Source: Octopus vulgaris | Taxonomy: Eukaryota | NCBI GenBank assembly: GCA_951406725.2 | Contig: OX597815.1 | Location: 128,712,001 to 128,776,000 of the forward strand | Length of the DNA: 64,000 nt | Direction: 5' to 3' | Shown: positions 25,464-35,300 of the stretch, one piece after another | Numbering within the stretch: the first letter of the stretch is position 1 | How the letters are laid out: each line of letters begins with the position of its first letter | Made by a program: the position numbers and the translations under genes | Notes under the pieces: model-generated | Database searches by the model: none | Told to the model about the DNA's origin: nothing | What the model saw: the letters and a program-made list of their open reading frames with translations, nothing else

Positions 25464-25640
25464 AATGGTCCCTCATTGTCTTCTAGAACTGAAAAGTTAG
25501 GCGATCTTTGCTGGCAAAGTTTTCAACACCGTATTAACAAAACCATACAAGATGTAATAGTATTTGCTAAAAAAATCCCTGGCTTTACATCATTAGAACA
25601 AGACAGTCAGATTAAATTAATAAAAGGGGGTTGTTTTGAG
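25464..25640 (+). CDS. Nuclear receptor exon D: LBD helices 3-5
   Basis: tttcag|AAT..., NGPSLSSRTEKLGDLCWQSFQHRINKTIQDVIVFAKKIPGFTSLEQDSQIKLIKGGCFE, then |gtaaat. Contains the LBD signature FAKxIPGFxxLxxDxQIxL. Confidence 0.95.
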
Positions 25641-26333
25641 GTAAATATTGTTTATATTATTTTTTGATTGGGGTGGGAGCAGGGATCTTTTTCCTCCCTG
25701 ACTCTATTGTAGTGTTCATTATTTCTGTAATTTAAATTGTGCAATATTACTAAATTTGTAAAAGAATGCTTCTTTAATCTTCCATAACTGAAATCCTCTC
25801 AAACTAATGATGAGACGTTTTGGTGCTGTCTGTTTTACATTGCTGATTCAACACATATTTGACATGAAAAGTTAAATATATTGTAAAAAAAAAATATATA
25901 TATATATTTATATATGTAATTATTTTTACATTAAATATGTAAAAATAAAGGTATTATTCAGTAAGAACGTTTTGGTTGTAAATGGTGGTGCTTAGCAGAC
26001 CTCTATGATCAAAGGCTTTCCAACTGTAACCATCCAGTCTTATTACATATATATGACTACATTATCTGATTTATTATTAACTTATTTGTGAAGAATATTT
26101 CTAATATTTATAGCAAGAACACTGAGAAACCACATGAAGCACTGTTACTGGTTCAAATTCTGACTTGCACTCCTTCACTGCTTCATAATTTTTCATGACG
26201 GTCATATAAGTTGTAATAGTATTAATGCTACTTAACTACACATTTAATGATGCTATGTGTATGGTAAATGTTGTTAAATATTTGCTTAATGTTTCTGGTT
26301 ACACATTTATTTATTTATATTTCTTTTATTCAG

Positions 26334-26553
26334 ATTGCTTGTGTAGTTCATTCCAATTTGGTTGATGGGGACAGCAATACCATTATAGCCTCAGACTCTG
26401 GGTTGCTAATGAGCCGAGATGACATGAAAGCTGGATTTCCTCTTGGAGAACATTTTGTTGACTTTCTCTTTAACTTCTGTACCCGCTTCAATGCCTTTAA
26501 TTTGCGTGACATAGAAACAGCATTGTTCAGTTCTCTGGTGCTAATATCTCCAG
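26334..26553 (+). CDS. Nuclear receptor exon E: LBD helices 5-8
   Basis: ttcag|ATT..., IACVVHSNL...FNFCTRFNAFNLRDIETALFSSLVLISP plus G, then |gtaact. Matches the NR1 pattern LxDxExALFSxxVLISPD. Confidence 0.95.
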
Positions 26554-26844
26554 GTAACTTCTTAACACTATTTAATTTTCTTTTGTTTTTCTTCACTAAT
26601 GTACTTATATCTTTTTATCTATGTATTTGTTCATCATTGTTTTAACATTTACTTGTTCATACCTTCATGGATCAGACAAAATTTGTTGTGATAGATTTTT
26701 CTATAGATACTCTTCATGTCACCAATTCTCACAGGTTTCCAAGCAAGGTGATATTTCCTGTAATCTGAAAGTTAGCAACCAAGTGACATTTGCTGACAAT
26801 TAGCACAGTGTCAATACAAACATACACGCACATTCGCATGTAAA

Positions 26845-27008
26845 AGCATCCATTACACTCTCAGAGTGGTTGGCATTAAGAAGAGCATCCAGCTTTAGAA
26901 AACCATGCCAAATCAGACTGAAGTATAGTGCAGCCTTCCAGCTTACCAGCCCTGGTCAAACCATCCAAATCATGCCAGCATGGACAATGGATGTTAAGTG
27001 ATGATGAT
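26845..27008 (+). mobile_element. Short retroposon (family C) ending in (GAT)n, probably RTE-mobilised
   Basis: gtggttggcattaagaagagcatccagc...aaccatgcc...catgccagcatgga...gatgatgat. Homologues near 5783, 12460, 18415, 19480, 39330, 46190, 47565 and 60940. Confidence 0.6.
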
Positions 27009-27356
27009 ATTGTCTATTTGCAGTTTTCTGTGAAAAACATGTTTCATGTTCAAAGGACTTTGGGAAATTTATCCTTGCTTGGAAACTATTGAGAGTTTGT
27101 GACAGAAATGGCACCTAGCTGCATAAATCTGACTCAAGGAATTTCATCTGACCTATGCAAGCATGGAAATGTGAATATTAAAACAATGATGATGATCCCG
27201 GAAACATAATTCTCAACAGAATTGTTAGTCCTCTTTAAGTATATCTACTGAGTAGAGCAGTCTTGAAGTAACTGTCATTTTACATTATTTTCATTTGAAA
27301 GATATTAAAAATCATCTCTGGCTCCTGGAGTCTTGCATGCATAATGGGCTTACTAC

Positions 27357-27662
27357 CTTAACCACTATGCCATATACTTGTGGGCATATGGCATAGTGGT
27401 TAAGAGCACGGGCTTTTAACCCCAAGATTCCGAGTTCAATTCCAGACAGTGACCTGAATAATAATAATAATAATAATAATAACAACAACATCGAAAAATA
27501 CCTTAGGAATGAGAACCCAGGTTCGAAATTTCCCCAAGACACCTGATGAAGGCTCGAGGATATATCAGCCAAAACGTTCTGTTAACAAAAAACAAGATGA
27601 GGACAAATATCCATCAAATGTAAATAATGTACATAATTCCTCATCTCTTAAATATAGAACTG
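27357..27662 (+). mobile_element. tRNA-headed element with 5' fold-back, (AAT)n and decayed hammerhead-like motif
   Basis: A-box TGGCATAGTGG and B-box GAGTTCAATTCC. Perfect 19-bp inverted repeat at 27357-27375/27386-27404. gacac-CTGATGA-a-GGCT...AGCC-aAAACGTT at 27538-27578. Confidence 0.65.
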
Positions 27663-28034
27663 TAACTGTCGTTTTGTTAAACCTTTGTGATTTTAAATAA
27701 CCCAACCTGAACTGGATTGTTGTTATAACAACAACTAGGGTAGTTGCTTTGGGTATCTCAGACTTTGAGGGGTCACATCATATGTTAGAGATTTTTTTAA
27801 AATAAAAGGCAAGTGCAGAATGGAAATAGATAAAATATTAGCATTATTCTTATATTTTATAAATTGTGATAATTTTTTCCCTACATTTAAAAGTTTTACT
27901 CCTTGTAAAAATTTTAAAATGTATATGTGTATACTCTAAAGTCACTAAAATTGAGGTTGTTTGGGGTGCCAGTAACTTTGGGCTGGTTCTAAATCCAGTT
28001 ATACGATTGTGAATTTTAGCATTATAAAAAAAAA

Positions 28035-28250
28035 TAATAATGAAATTATTGTATACAGTGCTCAGGTGCACCACAACTTGTCAGCAAGTGCGTATAGAGT
28101 ATATGCAGTAATGTACAAATGTCTGAGTCAGATACATGCTTGTGTGTGTATGTGGGGGAGAAAATCGGGTGTAGTGTTGGCTAATCTCAGAAAGCATGGA
28201 AGTTTTGAAGGATGCAGTGCTCCGACAACTAACAACTGATGCCGGAAGTT
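28035..28250 (-). mobile_element. CR1/L2-like LINE 3' end
   Basis: The minus strand reads LPASVVSCRSTASFKTSML, followed by a 3' UTR ending in (TTA)n/T-run. Matches 12788-12885. Confidence 0.6.
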
Positions 28251-30612
28251 TCATTCTCAGTACTTTCTGTTGATTTGGGAAAGTTCAATAAAGAAAAATC
28301 CAACTGCATGTTGTTGCTACTCTGCTTATATTGTGCGTCTCCTGACAAGGTATATAACTCTTACTTGGCTGAGTTGCCAATAATTGGTGTATTGTATGTA
28401 GTTGTACATACTCTCTCGTATATTATAACCGTCGTTGATTCAACATTCTTGTTCGTATAATCATACAAGTTGAACAGGTTTGCAATAAAGTATCTTTCCA
28501 TCTAACTGAATATAATTTGTTCTGAAAGTTTCTCTCGAGATTTACTTTCATCTTCTATTACGAGAACCTTCCAAAACTAATTCATTAATATATAGTTATC
28601 AATATCTATGGGCCAAATAAAATGAAAAAATTCCTATATTGGCACTACAAAATGGCTATAAGGAAATAATGATTCTTGTTTTCATTTTACAAGAAATACA
28701 ATCTCGATACTTATCAAGGTTTTCTAAAATATAATCACGAGGAATGACGGGATTTTTTTTACTAAAACCTTTACATTTATTTTTATTTGAATGAAAGAAA
28801 TATCTATTTTCAAAGTAAGTATTCGATTTATAATATTCATGATGTCACACATATTGTTCTCTCCAACTTAAAGACAGGAATCAATTGTTTAATTACATCT
28901 TGTGGATTTTGTATTCGTTTTGATATTTGATTTCATGATTATAAAAATGAAATGACGTTTGCACATTTGGATTATCTCCCTTACATATATTTTTAACAGA
29001 TTTTTAAAAAATATACGGCAACTACATAATTCCATTTTGCGGGCTTTATTAAACTGACGTTTACTGACCACCAGTTTTCTAGGAAATTAATGAAGTACTT
29101 TTGATTTCAATTATTTAATTGCTCAATGCAGATTACATAGGTGCTATAATTTAATTTCTGATTCTTTCAGTTGAATAATAAAAAAACCACTTCATACAAT
29201 CCTTAAAATACACATTGCAACTTTTTTTTTTTTAATCATTGTAAAATTATATATTATTTCACTGGTTTTACTCATTGGATTGTGGCCATGCTGGGGCACT
29301 ACCTTGAAGTGTTTTTAGTAGATCAAAACAATCCCAGTAGTTATTCTTTCAAGTTTGGTACTTTATCTGATGGATTCCTTTCTGACAAACCAATGAAAAA
29401 AAAAACAGGATCAGAAGCAAATAAAAGCTAGTTATCATGTAGTGTTGCATAAAGACAAGATATGGAGAGAAACACTCTCACATAATCATGAATTTTTCCC
29501 TGCCAGCATGGGTTAGATAAATGTTTACTGAGATATTGACAGCTGAATGCCTTTGTTGCCACTAGCCCTTACCTGTTTTTCAAATAAGGGTTTTCACCTG
29601 TCTTCAAAGGAACAAAGCCACTAGATGATTTGTTGACAGGAGAGCTGACGACAACATTGCTATTTTTGCTTGCATTTTTCAGAAAAAAATCAATTGTAAA
29701 CAAATACACATACGTATAACAGACTTCTTTCAGCTTGCACTTACTCGCGAGATTTTGGTCAGTGTAAGACACTAGTCCAAGGTAATGTGCAGTGGAAGCA
29801 ATTCCAAAAACCATATGATTAGGAAGTGAAATTCTGAACCACACAGCCATGCCTACCCCCAAAGTCAGGTCAGGTGTGGAAGCATGCACCATTGCAGTAA
29901 GTTGCTGCAATCACCATTTTTTTTGGTATATTCCTGAGCCCTCCTGGGCAATCTGTCAAGCAGAATCCCAGTCAGTCTTCATCTTTGCATTTCTGCAAGA
30001 TACCTCCTCATCTTCTGTGTCCATGTAGCATGTGGCCAACCAACAAGAGCAGTCAACCCAGCTGGATCTGCAGTTAAGAGAACATAGTAAGCAGGGTCTA
30101 ACTCAGCAGATCATACAACATTGCTATACTGTCTGAATTGGTGCTCCTGAATCATTGAAGACGCATCTCAGTTCCTGAGTAGAGTTGTTGGTTGGATATA
30201 AAGTCTGACCAATAGTAACCCATAATGTTGTAAAACATACACAGGAGTTTGGGCAACTCCTGCACACACACACACACATGTATTTATGCACATATGATGG
30301 GCTTTCATATAGCTTCCATCATTTAGATTCATTCACAAGGCATTGGTTAGCCCATGGCTATAGTAGAAAACATTTATACTGCACAGTGGGACTGAAGCAC
30401 TTCATTTATCATAAATTTGAACTAAATAGTCTCTATTGATTGATGCCATATTAATTTTTGTGTTAAATACTAAAGTGATTAGATTTATGCAACTATTGTT
30501 TTAGTTTGATGTTTAAATATTTCCTATGAAATATTTAAAATTAAAAAAAAAAACATTGTGAAATAAAATGAAGTAAAAAATATTTATTTACATATTATTT
30601 TTCCTTTTTCAG

Positions 30613-30854
30613 ATCGTCATGGTCTTGAACGTAGTGATAAAATTAACCGGCTTCAAGAACTTTTAATCCAGGCTTTGCAGCATGAAATTAATGCTGCTCA
30701 TCCTGATGAAGTGGGACTTTTTCCACGATTGCTAATGAGTATCTCCAGTCTGAGGGAGCTTGGTGTTGAACACCGTAAAATGTTGGAATCGCTGAAAGGA
30801 CAAATACACTTCCAGCATGACCTCTATGCTGAAACATTTGATCTGATAACTTAA
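30613..30854 (+). CDS. Nuclear receptor exon F (last coding exon): LBD helices 9-12/AF-2
   Basis: tttcag|AT CGT..., DRHGLERSDKINRLQELLIQALQHEINAAHPDEVGLFPRLLMSISSLRELGVEHRKMLESLKGQIHFQHDLYAETFDLIT*. Missed by the ORF track. Confidence 0.95.
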
Positions 30855-32111
30855 CTCCATTCTTTCATCTCTTAGAATTGATCACCTGGCTCTGTATTTG
30901 ATACTTTCTATCGTTCAGCCTCCCTCCCCCCCACTGTTCCCCCTGCCCCCCTCTACCTTCGGCCTCTGATTGAGATTGTTTCCGTAGTGACAAAAACGAA
31001 ATGGTAGAAGTTGCTGCTAACGCATCTTCATGCACACTTTTTCTCTGTGTGGTTGTGCTTGTATTGTATTTGAACTCTAGCTCTCCATGTGCAAACAGTT
31101 GAAACCTGTTGTTCATATTAAAAGCACTGACAAAGTTCCTGAAACTAAATCACTGCTAACAAGGCTGTTGTATAAATAAGGTTTGCAGACTGTTGATGCA
31201 GATACCATGGAGATGAATCTCTTTCATCCTGTCTTGGAGCATGTTTATTATCATTATTATTATTATAATGTTATTTTTTATTTATCTTAGTTTATTTAAA
31301 AAAATTTTTTCATTGTTGAATTCAGTGAGAGCCAATTGTCTTTTTTTTTTTTTTTTTATCAGTAGGGGATGAATCTTTTATTTTGGAACTGTCTGCACTC
31401 ATGATTACTAGCTTAATTGAAATTACAAAGAAGAGTAAAAAAAAAAATTATTATTAATTAATGAAAAATGAAGAATTTAAAATTTTTTTTTCCTCTCATT
31501 TTCCTTGCCAATAATAAGTCTGTTTGTTTATGTCTGTCATTGCTTGGCAGGTATCCTGCCATTTGAGGTTATGAAATAACAACCCACATTCAATATAATG
31601 GTTTGCTTTAATACAATATATGATTCTCATTCGGTGTAATTTTTAACAGATCATGAGATAAAAAAACAAAAAACAGAAATGAAAAAAGCAAAAAATACTT
31701 CCATTTTTTTACCATCTTGACAAATTATTTTTTAAAAAATGCAGAATATTTGCCCTCCTCTCTGTCTCCTCATTTTTTTGGTATAATTTAATTTTTTTTA
31801 GAATTTTTAAAATTTATTTATTTTTATTCGCTCTTTCAGATTCTTTCACACATTGTTTCTGTTTATGTCCTGTTTATTCTTTAGGTCTTATATTTGTTAA
31901 GGAATTCTGAAAACATATCTGAAGGCATTATGGAATTATAAATAAAAACTTTTATTACTTTTCTAATTAATAATATGCTGCTGAAAAAAATCTCATTCCA
32001 AATAGTTTTTCCCCCCTCTTCCCCAAATGAGGACAACTTTTGCTACTATCACCATCAACATGACCATCACCACTATTACAAATACTTCTACTACTATTTT
32101 ATCATTATTAT

Positions 32112-32335
32112 TAAGATGGTGAGTTGGAAGAGTTGTTAGTGCATCAGACAAAATGCTTTACAGCATTTCATCCAGCTCTTTACATGCTATGCTCAAATCC
32201 TTCTGAGGTCAACTTTGCCTTTCATCCCTCCAAGGTCGATAAAAAAAGTACCAGTCAAGTACTGGGGTCAATGTAATTGACTTCCTCCACCCCATAAAAT
32301 TGCTGGCCTTGTGCCAAAATTTGTAAGAATTATTA
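32112..32335 (+). mobile_element. Family-A SINE
   Basis: aagatggtgagttgg...aaaatgctta...ctttgcctttcatcc...aagtaccagtcaagtactggggtcaat...ggccttgtgcc, flanked by (TTA)n. Confidence 0.85.
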
Positions 32336-35300
32336 TTACTATTAGTTGTAGTATTGGCACATTATAAATCTTAAATATTGGCGTTTCAGTTTTATGACGA
32401 TGGGTTTTTGTTGTTGTTGTTTTTTTAATATCCTGACTAGTATCTCTGGTCCTTTTCTAATTCTTATTTTAGGATCCACCCTGGTAAGAATGGATTCTAA
32501 AATGACACATTCATTTCACAGTCTGTTCAGTCATTCCTGGTATTGTTTAGAAAACCAATAATGCCAGAAATCATCAGCGCCCCTGTCATTTCTCTTATAA
32601 GCCTTCATCTGTTCCTTAAACACATTTAAGTAACTTAGGTAGTTACAATTTAATGGTTTTCTTACTCCATCACTCAACTCCCAAGCCCTCTCCCCCTCAA
32701 TATGTCCTTCAGTATTGTAGCACATGATTTGTTTCATTGATCTTGCTTTCTGTCTGTGTTATAAATACATTAGTTTTGTTTTGGTTTTTTTCTAGATCTT
32801 CTGCATCCAGTATCTGGATCTTTTCTCAATATAACATTCTCTTTGTTTTTCATGGAACAGTCATGCTGCCAATACATTTAATGTTGTGTGGATTTGAACA
32901 TGATATAGACAATCATTTGATAAAATAATTAATAAAAGGGCATCTTTTTAAAATTGGATAAATGTTAAAATATCGAGTCATTGAAAAAGTTCATTACTAA
33001 ATTACAATTACAAATTACTATACTGTTGGAATCTAATTACTAATGCCATAACTGGCTGGTTTTAGTAATGGTTCTAAAGGCATTTACCAAAATGTCTAAA
33101 TTTTCAAACTCATCTAAGCCACTCAGTCCGACATGGAATTATGGGCGTACAGTAAAGATGATGTGAATGTAAGAACATGTCTTTAAATGACAATATTTAT
33201 CTGTGAAATGGCAAATACTGTAGAATTGTGTCAAGCTCCCGGTGAGACAAGTCTTTGATCCAAATTCAATTCTCGGTTTTAATTCTTTTACTTTATGTTG
33301 CTAATGCCTTTGCTTAAAAGGCATCAATGTCACAAAATCGCATTCCCAACCAATTTTACTACTACTACTTTTACTTTTCATATATCACAGGCATTGTGCC
33401 TACTTGGAAAAAGAAATTCAGTTTACAAGCAAAGCAAAATATATGTTTCTCTGTTTCTTTTAAGCCACATTTTCTTTTGTTTTTTCTTAGTTATTCCTTC
33501 TTGCTTGTTGCCTTTTGGCTGCTGCAATATTTTGTCAAAGTTATACTTTAACTAAATACTGATACTTCCAAAAGAAAATGAGTGATCATCCTTCCTCTTT
33601 TCTTTGAAGTCTGTATTTGTCTACAGTCAATTTTGGTAATGTCTATTAATTGCATGTTATCATTTTCTTTGACTGATATTGCTGTGTGCCAGGTAGTTGT
33701 GCTATTTTGATTAAGTCCAAGTATCCTATATCTAAGTATGATTCCTCATGTTCTAATTAATTAGTGCAACCTAGCTCCAAGTATAGACTTTGGGATAGTC
33801 TTTTTCTTTTTGGAACTGTACTTGTGTAGCAGATGACTAGAGCTGAGACTGTATATTGAAACTGAAGCAAACTACATTGTAGAGGAGTCATTTTAGCCAT
33901 TTAATAACACAGATCTGTTAAATTCAATTTGAATTTAAATTATCTCATGGGATGTCAAAGTTTTTATCACACAACTGTAACTTGGTCAGTAACACTTTGA
34001 TCCATGTCAGTGACTGGGTCAGAGATGTATGATGAAGGTTTTAATTCTTCATGAAATATATTTAAAGTGAATTTAACAGCTTTGCATGTTGTTAACTGGC
34101 TAGAATGACTCTCTCATGATGTAATTGTTATTAACTTTAAAATTTCTTAAAAGTCGCTTTTTCATGACAATCTTCATTTCTCTGAATTAATTACCTATTA
34201 ACTAACAACATGCTTAATCATATGTTTATCTTGTAAATAATTATTTCCTTTATTTCTGAATTAATTCACAAATTCTTCAATTTTTTTTATTATTTTGTTC
34301 ATTAAAACCTAACCAGGTTGCTTTTCAATCAATACCAGTGATTAATCCATACAGAAATATACATTTTTTTTAACCCACCTTTTCTCTAAATCTTTTCCTT
34401 GTTGTCCAAAATAATTTGGTTTGATCCTTCAAAGACATTGTTCCTTCTAACAGTTTTGTTACAGAGATACTAAATAAATATCTCTTTCTCTTAGAAAAAT
34501 AATAGTTAAACTTCGAATACCTTCATTTGTTGCTTAGTTTGTTTTCATAATTAATAGATTTCATCAATGATTAATCAACTATTTTGATAGGTATTGCAAA
34601 GTTGCTTGTAGCTTAAATCTATGTCTTTTTATTCATTTATAGATATTCACATCAACTCTGTTTTTATTCCTCATTGTCAAGCCACTCTTTGGTTAGGGTA
34701 ATGATGTTGTTCTTGATGATTCTCATAAATTCTGTGCATTCCATTTTCCAAGAATAAGGAGCAATATCATAGCTGTGTTATAGTTTATCTATGTTATAGC
34801 TTAATATGTGTGTATCAATAACTTACATCTCTTTGGTTCCTGGTGACTTTCATAACCTTGTTGTTTCTTAGGAATGAAATCATTACCAAACATAGATATA
34901 GTGAGGCTTTTATTTTCTCTTTCTTGGCTTCCCTTTTAGCCCTTTACAAAAAACTGTCATGGGCTTGATTCTGAAGTCGGGTGGCATGTTGTACTTTTGG
35001 GTAAGGCACATCATTTCATGTTGCTCCAGTTTACTCAGCTGAAAATGTGTACCTGCCAGCTGTTGGTGCAACCTTCTCTTCTTCCAGCTGTCACATCCTT
35101 GATGTTCTGCTGGATCAAGTGTGAGAGGGCCAAGAGGGTGCCTGATTACACAGGCACCTACAACAATTGGTAAATACAACATACTGACTACTGAGTCATC
35201 TATGCTTGCATGTGATGGCTATGTTCATACCAGTACAGGTCTGTTTATGTACCTAAATCGGTTAACATTCCATGTAGTATATTCCAGACCTTGATTCAAA

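Larger units (their letters stand above)
12094..30854 (+). other. Multi-exon nuclear hormone receptor gene, NR1 class (ROR/HR3 - E75/E78/Rev-erb-related), 5'-incomplete
   Basis: Six exons with GT-AG boundaries and matching phases splice into one open frame of about 752 codons: C4 zinc-finger DBD, long hinge, LBD, TAA at 30852-30854. The first visible exon begins in phase 1 with no in-frame ATG, so an upstream coding exon is missing or outside the window. Confidence 0.93.

Noticed and set aside
27383-27455. tRNA gene
   Set aside because: Has A and B boxes but no convincing cloverleaf or acceptor stem, and continues into repeat sequence. Treated as a SINE head, as are the other A/B-box hits.
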